Shown: piece by piece, positions 38,932 through 51,878 of the stretch | How the letters are laid out: every line of letters begins with the position of its first letter | Numbering within the stretch: position 1 is the first letter of the stretch | Source of the DNA: Podarcis bocagei | Lineage: Eukaryota | Reading direction: 5' to 3' (one strand) | DNA length: 64,000 nucleotides | NCBI GenBank assembly: GCA_964188305.1 | Contig: OZ076886.1 | The notes under the pieces: generated by a model | The model's database searches: none | What the model saw: only the letters and a program-made list of their open reading frames with translations | What the model was told of the DNA's origin: nothing | Translations under genes and position numbers: made by a program

Positions 38932-39003
38932 GGATCTTCATCTGAGTTTGAAATCGTTGGAGCTGAAGAGAAAAGGTCTTCCCAAGGAAGCACCGGGAAA
39001 TCG
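38932..39003 (+). CDS. TNIP1: TNIP1 exon 5 (GSSSEFEIVGAEEKRSSQGSTGKS), contains the LIR/FIR motif FEIV
   Basis: Matches human GTSSEFEVV. Boundaries ctacag| and |gtatgt, 72 nt, phase 0-0. Confidence 0.93.
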
Positions 39004-39722
39004 GTATGTTAATCCAAACAGCTTGTTTAGATTGAGACGCAAAAGGGGGGGGGGGATGTTTTATGGGTCGTGTCGTCTTGGAAGTTCCTTTGTTACCTTT
39101 TTGTGTGTGCGTTTAGTTCTGATGTATTTTTTTCATACAATCTCCTTGTGCGGTTTGATAGCTCAGAGACAGGGAAATATAGAGGTCTCCAGAAGATGAA
39201 AGCTAAACTAGTCAGCAGGTTTTATTGAGCAGTTGAACTATTTTATATTGCATTTCACAGAGTAATTTAAGCAAAAGAAAAGAAACAACAAAGGTATCTG
39301 CCTTGAGCTACTCGCAGTCTTCTTTTTTTCACATGGAGAAAACATCAGGAGAAAGAAAGAGATGTGCTGAGGAAGAAACGACAAGGGGTGCTCAGTCACT
39401 GGAATATTTCCCCTCCCCATGTCGTGGTCTTGAACTGGAAGCAGCAATGAGTTGCTGTAATCTGTAGCCACGGATCTTGTGGCGCAAAAGGGGTGCTCAG
39501 TCCTTTGCTGTGGACCTTTCCTTTCACAAAACCCTCAGTTTCCTTATGCCCCAGTATGATTATATCCATACCCCTCTTTTTTCCTCCTTCATAGAGCTAA
39601 AATCAGCTGGGAAGTTATTGATGCTGGGGAAATTGGTACTGGAAAGAAAGAGAGAGTTGCTCCCTCTTTGTAGAACTTTCTGCTCCAGGTTGCTGCTTCT
39701 GCAACCAAGTGCAGTATGTGTA

Positions 39723-40075
39723 AAAAAGGTAAAGGGACCCCGGACCATTAGGTCCAGTCGTGGCCGACTCTGGGGTTGCGGTGCTCATCTCGCTTTATTG
39801 GCCAAGGGAGCCAGCATACAGCTTCCGGGTCATGTGGCCAGCATGACTAAGCCACTTCTGGCGAACCAGAGCAGCACACAGAAACGCCGTTTACCTTCCC
39901 ACCGGAGCAGTACCTATTTATCTACTTGCACTTTGACGTGCTTTCGAACTGCTAGGTTGGCAGGAGCAGGGACCGAGCAACGGGAGCTCACCCCATTGTG
40001 GGGATGCAAACCACTGACCTTCTGACTGGGAAGTGCTAGGCTCTGTGGCTTAACCCACAGCGCCACCCGCATCCC
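39723..40075 (-). mobile_element. Sauria SINE (Squam1), full length
   Basis: Reverse complement of the 13961 copy. TSD GCAGTATGTGTA (39711-39722) / GCAGTCTGTGTA (40076-40087). Confidence 0.93.
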
Positions 40076-40724
40076 GCAGTCTGTGTAGTTTGCCCCTAAA
40101 TAGGTGATTGTTTCAGGACCTGACTTGGGCCACCAGCTGAGTTTCCTTGCACTGGTGCGCTGCCACTCACAGAGGCTGTAACCGCACAAACTAGGCACGT
40201 GCCGCAGTTTTTTCATTTGGCCTCTTTCCCAGAACAAGCTGATGGGAACTCTCCTACTGAGAAGTGAGAAGCGTAATCTGAAAGTGCTGCTGTCAAGAGG
40301 CTTCTCTCTCTCCCCCCCCCCCCCTTTCTTGCTCACATATGCAAAGCTGTGTGGTGGCCAGCTACTTCCTTCTCCTCAGTGAGATGTGCATGCTCACAGG
40401 CTTGGGCAGCCAGCCAACAGGATGGCAGAGAACTCCGCTTATATCCAGACAGCACTTCTCAGGAAAGGGGCTGGGAAAAAACCCAAGTGATGAAATGAAA
40501 CTGACTGGAGCAATCTAGCGAATCCTTCTAGATCACGTGAACCAGTGTAATGTCGGCAGTGGTTTTAGTACCTGCTTTAAATAGCACCCCTGCCTCTCTG
40601 AAAGTTTTACAATCTTTTAATGCAGTGAATGAGAGCTCTCACTTCACCTTCATAAGCGAGGAGCTCTGGAGATCTGACAGATATCTCTGGATTTGGCTAT
40701 CTGTTCGCTTCTCAAGCCTATCTT

Positions 40725-40991
40725 CTTAAATAGGAATGCTCTCCCGAGGGAAGTTCGCCTGGTGCCTTTATTATACACCTTTAGGCGCCAGGCGAAAACG
40801 TTCCTTTTTAACCAGACTTTGGTTGATTCGATTGACATCCTATGCCCTTTTAAAATGGGGTTGGGGGTTGGGGTGGTGGGTTTTTTTTATCTTGATTATA
40901 TATATTGTGGTTTTATATTTTGGTTATGTTCTGTGAACCACTCTAAGACCTCCAGGTATAGGGCGGTATATAAATTCAATAAATAAATAAA
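40725..40991 (+). mobile_element. L2 LINE 3' remnant (others near 14420-14580, 21430-21700, 32230-32740)
   Basis: WNALPREVR...FRRQAKTFLF motif, then gggcggtatataaattc and an (AAAT)n tail. Confidence 0.7.
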
Positions 40992-42223
40992 TCGATACAT
41001 GAAAATATTCTGTTAAAACATTAGCCCGCAAACAATTTGCCTTGTTCATTTGTGGTGGTGAGTTGTCCCCATCCTGTCACATCAACCCAGCTTGAAATTG
41101 GATCTGGTCAGTGGCAGAACAAGGTATACATTGCTGTCCAAACCAGTGCTAACCATGAGGGAGAAAAGAGACTCTTCCTCCAGAGAAATACTTTTAAATA
41201 GCTGTTTCTTAGCAAGAATCAGACCCTCTTTCCCTAGCCAGTTACTTCTGTTCCCGAGCCAAGTGCCTCCTCCTCGATCTTGCCCATGACTTTCCTAGGG
41301 CTATTACGCAGAGCGAAGGGGGAATCCTAACTCAATTATTTTAAAGCTGTCACAGAACAAGTCCCTTCGTGTGTTGCTCTTGAGCCAGCATGGGCGAGGC
41401 ACAAGAAACAGAAGGTTAAAAGAAACAACTCTTACATAAAAAGTATGTCCTTAAAAAAAAAAAAAAGATTTGGAGAAGGTGTGGAACAGGCCCAGCACCA
41501 GTGCTTGAGGAACTAGGTGGGGCAAACAGCCATGCATATTTAAGGCACACACAATGGGGGTTGTTGTTGTAATGTCAACAGCTTGGCTTGCTGTTAGTTG
41601 CCTGTAGTAACTGCTTCCCAGGGTTTGCAGTAAGTTAAAGAGCCTTTCCCCCAGATAAGTTGGCATCGTGTCAGCCAATGTGGCTCCTGCCACATCTCCA
41701 GGCTGGTGTGGTTAGGCGGCTGTGAGCGGCTCTCTTTCAAGAGGCAGCCATGCTTGGCTGCTGGCAGAAACAGCAGCTGGTGAACTCTGGTACATCACAA
41801 AGCTTTATGAATTCTTCTGACAACCGGTAAAAGTTGTGATGCCCCAAAAGGTGCACCGTCTGCCTTAGGCTCGCAGTTCTGTGCCACTTGTGATGTTATT
41901 ACATTGGATCTATAATGTTTAATCTGAGCATAAATTGTGTTATGAATGTCCATTGGACGTTCTCAGGATCTGAATGTCCCAAGGTAAAAGGTATCCCAGG
42001 TTTTGTGAGCGGGAAGCACAAGCAGAAACCAGTGCATACAACCGGAAGAGCTGTGACTGCAAAAATGGCACCAAGCTTGTCGTGCAATATGGTATTACTG
42101 AAATGAATTCATGGGGAGGTGTAGAAGCAATTGATGGGAAGTATAGAAACTTTAGAGAACTTAAGGGGAAAGCGTCTAGACCTTGAGCAGTCTGGGAGAT
42201 TGATTCACAAGCAGTTTCTACTA

Positions 42224-42438
42224 CAGTCCAACCTCGGTTCCCGAATGGCTCCGTTTTTTAACATTTCGGCTCCCGAACACCGAAAACCCAGAAGTAAATG
42301 CTCCGGTTTTCGACACGGCTTTTGCTTGAGAGCAGGAAGCTCTTGCAGCCAATCGGAAGCTGCATCTCGGTTGTCGAACGTTTCGGAAGTCAAACGGGCT
42401 TCTGGAACGGATTATGTTCAACAACCAAGGTTTGACAG
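42224..42438. mobile_element. Tc1/mariner (Tigger/pogo-like) MITE
   Basis: TIRs CAGTCCAACCTCGGTT / AACCAAGGTTTGACAG flanked by TA on both sides. CpGs retained. Confidence 0.8.
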
Positions 42439-43444
42439 TACTGCTACTGCTCCCAAATGAGACTGAAGCTTTAATATTAACTAGGATACTACAAGTAGCA
42501 TCTGAAACATTTTCCTAGATATTTGGGATAGCTGTTGCCATCAGAGTAAGATAGTGCAAGGTCTTTTGCTTCTTGAAAAAGGCTTTTGCCAGTTCACCCA
42601 ATGGGCAGGGACGACTGGCCGTGGTGTAGTCAGAGAGCCGTAGTCCAGCAACACCTGCAGGGCTCTGGTTTTCCCCATCCCTGCTTTGGGAGACTGGTTG
42701 GAACCTGCCCAGAGTACAGTTGTCTTCCTTGGTGTAACTTCTATTGAACTAGAAACAGATGAGGCAATAAAGATCTGGCACCAAAGACACACTATGATTC
42801 CTGTGTGTATTTCCCTTATGAGTCAGCAGCAACAGAGATGGACAAAGTCTCTTGCAAGACTGGGGTTTTTCATTTTGTGGACCAAGTTCATAGGGGCATG
42901 TTCACGGAGAGGCGGAGAGGATGAGTCAGCTCATGAGTCCTGGGTGAAAGCTGCTCTTTCCCTGCCTTTTACCTTCAAGGATTCCTTTCTGATGGGCTGC
43001 CTGCAAGGTGACTCTTTGAGCTGGCATGCAGCCTGATCTGGCCATGCTTGCTACATCTACGCAGGGTGACATCCCTTTCCTGACCTGGATTGCTTGGCTG
43101 TGAATGGTGGCTTTCGTCTCCGAGGCAACCGAGTAACTAATCAGCCATAACAACCCAGACCAGGTTAGTGCTCCACTATGCCCGGCTCAACCACGTCAGG
43201 GAGGAGGGTGTGGCTCAGCAGCTGCCTGTCAAGGGCAGTTGTGCCATAAACCCAGGACCTCGTATAAAGCGGGTGCATTTCAGTTGTAGAGCTTCTGACA
43301 GAGGGACGCATGTGCCGCCAGCACTTTGGAATTGAAACCAATTGGAACTGAACAGCAAGAGGTAGGAGTGAGAGAGGTGGGGAAAGGGGGGCGAAGTTAA
43401 GGTGGAAGTGGTGGTCCAAGTTGCAGGAGTGTTTTTCTTCATTA

Positions 43445-43767
43445 AAGGTAAAGGGACCCCTGACCATTAGGTCCAGTTGTAGCCAACTCTGGGGTTGCGG
43501 CGCTCATCTTGCTTTATTGGCTGAGGGAGCCGGCATACAGCTTCCGGGTCCTGTGGCCAGCATGACTAAGCCACTTCTGGCGAACCAGAGCAGTGCACGG
43601 AAACGCCGTTTACCTTCCTATTTATCTACTTTCACTTTGACATGCTTTCGAACTGCTAGGTTGGCAGGAGAAGAGACCGAGCAACGGGAGCTCACCCCGT
43701 CGCAGGGATTCGAACCGCCGACCTTCTGATCAGCAAGTCCTAGGCTCTGTGGTGCCACCCGCGTCCC
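43445..43767 (-). mobile_element. Sauria SINE (Squam1) with small internal deletions
   Basis: Same family as 39723. 13-bp TSD TTTTTCTTCATTA at 43432-43444 and 43770-43782. Confidence 0.92.
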
Positions 43768-46069
43768 TCTTTTTCTTCATTAGCAGTGTGGAAATTACAG
43801 AGAATGGAATGAATAGAATCCTTATTCAGAGGCACTTGCTAGAGAGTAAAGAGTTGTGCTCAGCTTTTTGTTGTTATTCATTGGTTGTCAGGTTTTTGCC
43901 TGCGCTTCTGGAAGGGCCAGAGCATCTGCTTTGCATGCAGAAGGTTCAACCCCTGGCATCTCTGGGTAGGACTGGAAGAGAACCCTGCCTAAAATCCTCA
44001 GTCGGTCTGTGAGGGCAATGCTCAAGTAAAGGGACCAATGATTTGACTTGGTATAAGGCAGGTCTGATGAGTTGGTTCCTAGGAGTGTCTCTGTTTCCAG
44101 TCTCCTTGTGGGAGACAGAACATTTCTGAATGCCAGTTGCTGGAATCCTTAAGAGGGGAGAGTACTCTTTTGCTCAGGCTTCCCACGGGCACCTGGTTGG
44201 CTACTGTGAGAGCAGGACGCTGGACTAGATGGGCCATTGGCTTGATTCAGCCTCTTCTTATGTAAGCTACCACACTGTCTTCCCAGGAAGCCACATGCCA
44301 TAATTCCAAGTATACAGACCAAAGACATGCTGCCTTGCTCAGTGGTGAAGGAAAGACACCAAGTACACCATCAGAGACACTTTATTTATCATTCATTCAT
44401 TCGTCCTTCGTATATTTAGTATGGAAAATGAGCTCTGAAACTGAGTGCTGGGGAGCCCAGCCACAAATCAAGCTCAGAAGATATGCCAGAGTCTCCTGTC
44501 CTTAAAGTGCATGGTAGGGCGGGGGGTAGACTTCTGCTGCAGAGTTCAAGCACCCCTGGAGTTCTCCTACATTACATGCTGGCTGTTTTCTGTGTTGAAG
44601 TGTCAAAGGAATTTTTCAGCGCTCCCAAAACGGCTGTCAGGAACTTGGTCCAAATTGGTTTAAAGTCCTTTAGAAGTTCAATTAGTTGCAACTGGAAAAA
44701 ACTGAGAGGGGATTATTTTTAGGCACTACTTTTAGGTGGCATTAGAAGCTTGGAAGCAAACTAGTTCTGGCAATCCCTTTTTTTTTTTTTACTGGCAAGG
44801 TCACCTTAAAATATTTAGCAGTCTGAGGTGAAGGGAAAATGGCACATACACAACTGGACTAGCAGTTGAATTTTTCTTCAGTGCCAGCAATGAGGGGGTG
44901 TCCTACTCTGCGCCTAAGGGTAGCAGGCAATAAACTGTTAAGTGAGACACACAGCTCTGTCCTTCAAAGAGAAGAACAGCCAGGGGGGGTCATCCACTTC
45001 TGTTCTTAGCATCTGCCGCCTGAGGCAGTAATCTTACTTTGCCTTAATAGGAGGGCGGGCTCCATTTGCTGCTTCCAGCTAAGGTGCCTTCAGGTGGAAT
45101 TTTCAGCAATAATAGAGACAGGGCAAAGGTGAAAGGGGCATGGGTAATGCAATGAGTTCTTCTGGAAGTGCAGAATACCACAGACAAGGGCAAGTGCCTG
45201 AAAGACACTGAATCTCTCTAGAATCATCTCTCATGCAGGGCCTCAAGGACTAAACACTGGCCTTGGTGTTTTAGCCCAACTTATGTTCCTTTTGAGGAAC
45301 CGGAGTTGGACGTTAAATTATGCTTAGAGTGCTGTTGAACATTTAGACCATAAAATGAGAGCAGTTTTGTACTGTTCACACTCCTGGTCAACCCACCTTA
45401 AAAAAAGAGAGGGGAATTTATTATTATTTTGTAAGTGGAAGAGCTGCATACAACGGCAACCCAAAAGACCAAGGGATTGGAGAAGCTGAAGTGTTTGGGG
45501 AAGGGCTGTGGCTCAGTGGCAAAGCATTTGGCTTCCATCCAAAAAGTCCCAGGTTCATTCCTGGCATCTTCCAAGTAGGGTTGACAGAGACTCCTGCCTG
45601 AACTCATGGAGAGCCACAGCCAGGGGGCTGACTTGGTATAAGGCAGCTTTCTATGTTTTTTGTTTTAGGAAAAAAAAACACCACTCAAGGTTGCCAGGGC
45701 AGTTGAGTGGGACTGTGAGGAGGGGAAGTCTCCTCTTCCCTCCCATGCCATCTTGTCCACCCCCCACTCTGCCATTGAAGCATAGGGGCAGCTTCAGGGT
45801 GAGATTTTCAGAGGGAAAATACCTTATCCAGGAGAAGCAAACCGTGCCAACCCCAACACGGGGACTCTATTCAGCCTGCTTACTTTGTAGCTGGTATTTC
45901 TTTAAATAAGTCCAGAGTAACTCATCTGGAGACAAAAGTGTTGCCAACTCTAGGCCTCGGATGAAGGAAGGAAAAGATGGCAAGCTGCTTCTCTAAGCCT
46001 GCCTAAACTTAGCCCTTATTTGCCCTCCTCCCAGATTACAATGTTTCTGCGCCTCCGTGTCTTTTGCAG

Positions 46070-46261
46070 GACATTGAGCCACTTCAGAACGAGGACGGCA
46101 ACCTGATGCTGCACCTCCAGCGCTTGGAGAACACGCTGAGTCTCTTTGCTGAGGAGTCGGACAAAACGCAGCTCTTTGCCCACCTGGGGCGCATGGCTCT
46201 GGAGTTCAACCGGCTGGCCTCCAAGGTGCACAAGAACGAGCAGAGAACATCCATCCTTCAG
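46070..46261 (+). CDS. TNIP1: TNIP1 exon 6 (DIEPLQNEDGNLMLHLQRLE...KVHKNEQRTSILQ)
   Basis: Highly conserved EDGNLMLHLQRLE and LGRMALEFNRLASKVHKNEQRTSILQ. Boundaries ttgcag| and |gttcga, 192 nt. Confidence 0.97.
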
Positions 46262-46805
46262 GTTCGAAGGCTGCTGGTAGATGTGCATAGTTCATTTTGC
46301 TTTTCGGTTTTCATGAACAACTGTCTTGGCTTCCTCTCTTCTCTCCCCCCACCCCACCCCAGATCCCAATGAGTGGCCAAAACACATGCGCCTGGCCTTT
46401 CTCCCGTGTAAACATTACACTTCCATGTGCCCCATCACTACCTAAATGCACTTACTGTGGCAGGGGGCAGGAATGTGATGCACCTACCCACAACACTTTC
46501 CTCCCCCAAAAATAATTTTTATTTCTGACAGTACGAGCTGTTTGACTCCCTTGGAAGATGGTGAACTGTCCTTCATTGGAGGTTTTAAAGCAGAGGTTGA
46601 ATGGCATCTCTCAGGGATTCTTTAGCTATCATTCCGCAATTGCAGGGAGTCCCTTCCAACTCTACAATTCTGTGATTCTATTCCATACAATGTACTGCTC
46701 CTGGAGCAATACAAGGCACCAGAGATGCCCACGCCTGCCACCCATTACACCCATCCATTACAACAAAAGTGCAACTCAGTACAAGTAAGCTCAACATACA
46801 TTTCA

Positions 46806-46807
<2 letters not shown>

Positions 46808-46845
<38 letters not shown>

Positions 46846-46888
46846 TTTATTATTTATACCCTGCCCGTCTGGCTGGGTTTCCCCAGCA
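46808..46888 (-). mobile_element. L2 extreme 3' end with (ATT)n tail
   Basis: Reverse complement of the end of the 57183 L2 (gctggggaaacccagccagacgggcagggtataaataataaaa) plus (AAT)n. Confidence 0.75.
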
Positions 46889-48622
46889 GATAAAAGCAAA
46901 ACAGGAGATCAGGATACAAGTAAGCAGAAGAAAGAACTTAAGATCAGCTATTGCACCAACCAAGAAATATTACAAGCCACATAGCTGTTTTGGCCCTGTC
47001 ATTTTGTCACATTTTAATTTCTCCTTCCAGGGCTATTTCTTTGCCTTCCTTTTCACTCACTCCCCCCTTTAAAAACAACAACAACATGTGGCCAGCATTA
47101 TCACTCCCATGTGATGGATGTTGAACCACGCCTGGGAAATAGCAGCAGCTGTGCAGTGTGTTTGCAGCTGAGCTGAGTCTTTAACTGGGAACTTCTAGAT
47201 CACAGTTCCACCTTTAACCACTACTGTACTGATAGCAACAATTAAGCCCCATTGAATATGTGTGTTTCCAGTCACATTGCCACCAGACTTTGCGTTCAAG
47301 TACTCTCTAAAGCCACCTGTCCTCTGGCACACTGTTGACCTCATAAAGGTTCCTGACCACCGTTCGCAATGTTGTCGATGGGGGAAACACTGGCATTTCT
47401 GAATGAAGCTTCGCTTTAGTTTTTCTTCCGTCATCTCTTCTTCCCTTTCCAACTAGGAAGGGAAACTTTGAGGATATGACACACCCTTAGTAAGGCATCA
47501 GACACCCCCCACAACCTTTCAGGTCATAAACTCACCACTAAAAGACTTTTCCCTGGGGCAAGCCATTGTGCAATTGGCCATTTAAAGGGTGATTTATACT
47601 TTGTGTCAGTAAATTAAACGAGGGAAGTCCTCAAGAGGAAGGAGAATTGCGTTATTTTTTTTTATTATTCCCTGGCAGTGATGCCCAGAAGTGCATCCTT
47701 CTATGGGCCAAACTGAACAGGATGTTATTCCGTGTCATTTGGCATTGCACAGTTTACAAAACACCATGACAAATAACCAGCATGCTGGGGCGGCGGCGGG
47801 GGGGGGGGGGCGGAGAGACTGTCATATGGGGATCTGGAGGACTTTAACCCTTTTGTCCCAGTCAGTCCCAAAGAGGTGCAAATACAGGCTGCCTCTAATC
47901 CTGACTAAAGTGGCTGATATTCTTTGCACCTACCGTTTGCGACTTTCACCCCATTGCGAATAGCAGGTGTGGAGGGCAGGGCAACAGGGGCTGCCTCTGA
48001 TCAGAACCGTGATGGGGCAGAGGTTTAAAGTCTCCTGTGATCCCAATCCATCTCCCCATACCCGTAGTAACTATTAGTTTCCCCCCCAAAAAAGTCATGT
48101 AAGGTCCACGTGAATAATATCCTGTTTACTTTGGCCCTGCAGTTTTAATAGGCAGATATAATTCCTGCTTTCTTATTCCCATCTTTCCTCAACATTAGAG
48201 AGAACCAGAATAGTTACAGTGTCATACCAAGGCTATGTAAGTGCAAAATTTCCGCACTGGATGAGCTTGAACCAGGGGCCATCTCTCAACCTAACCTGGC
48301 TCCCAAGGTTGTTGTGAGGATAAAATGGTGGGGGAGACCAAGTCTCTGTCCTGAGTTCCTTAAAGGAAAGGTGGGATATAAATAGCAAGGAAGACGGGGT
48401 GGAATATAGCTTTGGCATTCAGGTCAAAATCTGAGAAAAGGGTTCATGGGATTGAGGACTAGGAAATTCAAATTTCCGCATCGACAGCTAGCTAAGAGCA
48501 GGTGGCCAATTGCCAGAAGCTCTTTAGTGAATTTATGACCAAGAAAATTGCCCTTGGCTAATAAGATATAACTCTTTCCACTGCTGATGCTTCTTGTACC
48601 CCTCCCCCATTTTTTTATACAG

Positions 48623-48717
48623 GCCTTGTGTGAGGAGCTGCGGAACGAGAATGAGGAGCTGAGGGCAAAGTTGGAGAAGGAACTAGAGCAAAGGAACCAG
48701 GTTTCAGAGAAGCTGAG
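48623..48717 (+). CDS. TNIP1: TNIP1 exon 7 (ALCEELRNENEELRAKLEKELEQRNQVSEKL-R)
   Basis: Matches human TLCEQLRKENEALKAKLDKGLEQRDQAAERLR. Boundaries atacag| and |gtgagg, 95 nt, phase 0-2. Confidence 0.95.
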
Positions 48718-51252
48718 GTGAGGGCATGTCAGGTGGGAAAGGAGAATACAGTCATGCTGGGCAGAGCAGTGATCTAGGCGTTTTCATTGTGTGTCTGTGT
48801 GTGATGACACTGAAGTTAATATTGGAAGCCTGAAGCTGGTGGAAACTGCCCCCTGTCCCTTGCCCTGCTCTGCTCCTAGGGAGTTTTCTTAAGGCCCATC
48901 AAACTGTACAGCCACCCTGTGCAAGCATTAAAGAACCCAAAAGAAACTTCCAGTCCTGGATTTGAGAGGGGAGTGCAGTTATGGCAGAGAACACCGGTGC
49001 TTAGAAAGTTCATTTTAGAAAAGGAATTAATTCTAGTTCATCCCTTGCAAAAAAACCTAATTCCATTCCAGTTCATTTCACAGTTCACTTGTGATGGTGC
49101 TTGGCAGATATTTTTCAGCCTTCAGAATTTTGCAAGCTGTCCTGCTAAAGTATAAAATACTCTGCAAGAACAACAGAACATGCAAGCATTTTATTTTTTC
49201 CAACAGTTCTGATCTTTAAGCTTTAAACAGCAGCATCACTTTTCAGATAGGTAAAAATGGCAAATGTAGTGGCCACGATTACGGAGTTATGTGCAGTGAA
49301 ACACATGTGCACACACACATATATAATTAAAATGATTTTAAAACCTCCCAAATTTCACTGCAAAGGAAATTTAATTCATGTTCAGTTGACCCAGAACTAC
49401 TTTCAGGTGTAATTTGGAGATTTATTTTTTAAAAAAATAATTTGGTAAATTAGTTAATCTGAATAGTTCATTCCAAGCACTGGGAGTCCAACCCACCTTG
49501 CAGCAAGGAACAGAAGGAGTGGAGCCACTCCCTGAAAAGTAACAACAATGGTGGGAAATCCCAGAGAAGGATAAGGGGAATTTCCTTGCATTGGGTGGCA
49601 CAGGGTAAACCTTGGAAAAGAGACCCTAATACCTTGGTGCTGCCCTTTTTTTTCCAATAAGTAATCCCCAAAAACACTCTGCAAGTGTTTGTCTGAGCAA
49701 GCCCCATCCTCAAGTTGCCATGTAGTGCAACCGTCTGAAGTGCATTGGACGGAATGTACTTAGAAGCATTTACATGACTGAGATTCCTGATACAGTCTGG
49801 TTCTCTATTTGCACAGAGGCCTCTAAGTGCCTTCAGTCAAACCTGCATAGCAGCCTCCTTCAAGCCATGAACGTCTAAAAGGAGCAAGTGGACTTGGGAA
49901 CATGGATGCAGCAGGATTTGCATGCATGCCCCTGCCCCTCCACACACTTTGAACACCCCTGGGCTCAGGCAAACACCTGCAGAGGGCTAAAGATTCAGCC
50001 TTTCCCTAGCCTGAAGATCATGAAGTCCTTTGGCCTTTTAAGACCCAACCAGCAGTTCCCTAGAGACAGCAGACACTGGTGTCCTGATTGCTTTGGCTGG
50101 GGAAGACCCAAGCTTCTCTGAATAGCTCGGCTTTCACCTTCTTGATATTTCCAGTCAAAAGAGCTCTTTAAAAGTTGTCCCTTGGTCTTCGTAGATGAGA
50201 TGCTGCCCTCTAGAGGACCTGCCTGATTGTGACTTCCATGCGCTCTGAGCTGTTCTCCATCATGGTCTATAACAGCAGAGCTGGCCCTCAGGAAAGAAAT
50301 CTTGCCCTGAAGTCTTGTTCTGCATCACAGTCTGTTGCTGAGGGGGTGCAAGCTTTAGAATGTAAAAGACTTTGACGCCAGGAAAACCTCCCCGTAAAAT
50401 CTAGCCACCATACCAAGCAAAAATTCAGAACAAACATAGAAGTCTTGCATTTCAAACTTCAGGGGCAACTGTCCTCTTTTTAATTTACTTGCAGATCTTA
50501 TTAAAGAAGAAACTTTACCAGATTCCATGGGGATGTAGACGCTGTATTGATTTGAACACTGCCATTGTTAACATAAAAGTGAACTAAGAGGCTCATTTTT
50601 TTTCCTTCAGAGGTTATGTTACTTTAGAGTAATGAGATCCTCATTGGCACTGAAAGACCCTTAACTGGCAGTATGTAACCAGGATCTGCCTCGCAAGCCA
50701 AACAGGACAGGTGGCTGGGGCTGCCCACCTGTCAATCACATGCCATCCTTATGACATCACATGGTTGACAAGTGGGCCTGGCCTTGTGCTCTGATCTCAG
50801 AGGCTTAAAAGGGAAGTGGGTGGAGACTCAGAAAGCCTTTTCCAAGTCTCCTCCTGCTTCCCTTTGCAGTCCCTAGAGTTTTTAAGGCAGGCCTATCATA
50901 AGTAACACTGAGCCACTTGTCTCGGGTGGCAGAGGGGCAGCCGAGCAAGCAGCCCCCTGCACATACTCCTGCCAGTGTGTCAGAACAAGTGAGCCCTTTT
51001 GCCAGACCCTCTCATGCCATTTGAGGTTCAGTTGCTGGCAGCTGCATGGCTGGGCACTGTGGCGAACCTTTCCCAGACTTGGGAGCAGCTTCACCGTGGC
51101 GTTTACAGTAAGTGGCAGCCCTGGCACACACCATGGGGCAGAGGGGCTCTGCCATGCCTCAGCTGGCAAAATGTCTTTGGTCAGCTCCAGCCAGATGAAT
51201 GATTTCTCGTCCCTGGTGCTCGTTTTGCTAATATTATTCCTTCCCAATGTAG

Positions 51253-51343
51253 GTGTGAGAATCTGGAGCTCAGGAAGATGGTGATGATGGGCAGCAAAGA
51301 AGGAGTCAAGGCGGAAGGCGTAGAATGTGCTGGACTGCAACAG
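51253..51343 (+). CDS. TNIP1: TNIP1 exon 8 (CENLELRKMVMMGSKEGVKAEGVECAGLQQ)
   Basis: Matches human EENLELKKLLMSNGNKEG...AGQQQ but shorter. Boundaries atgtag| and |gtgaga, 91 nt, phase 2-0. Confidence 0.92.
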
Positions 51344-51878
51344 GTGAGAGGCTTTTCCCTATGAAGCAGAGATGGAGAATCTGAGGCCCTCCAGAAGTTG
51401 TTGAATTGCAGCTGCCATCATCCCTGACCCTTGGCATTTTGCCTGGGGATGAGGAGAATTGGAGTCCAACCACATCTGGAGATTCCCCAGCCCTGCTATA
51501 AAACCAGATAGTCTGTTCATCTTGCCCCGCTACCCTGGGCCTGATCTTGCAGGATAACTGTTCAAGAGCGCAGAACTGGAGTGGAGTGGCTGTTGGGCTT
51601 CCTGCTCCAGCCACTTGAAGGCTTAAGAACTGCCTCTCCCCCACCCGCCACCCCCGTATGCATGCATTAAACATGACAATAAAACCACCCTGGTTGTTAT
51701 TTGCCTTTCCAATGCATATTGGATCATGGTTGTTGTGGGAGAAAATAGGCCTTACTGTTCAGTGCTTTGGATGCTGGCTTTGGGAGGGAGAAGCATGGGT
51801 GCTGCTCTTGAATCGCGAGCTGCTTGCTATGATTGGCTTAGCTGCTTCTCAGGACCTTTTTGTGTGTCAACATTTCAG

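Noticed and set aside
46035-46069. Alternative upstream acceptor for exon 6
   Set aside because: Would add 35 nt and shift the frame; the 46070 acceptor keeps homology and phase.
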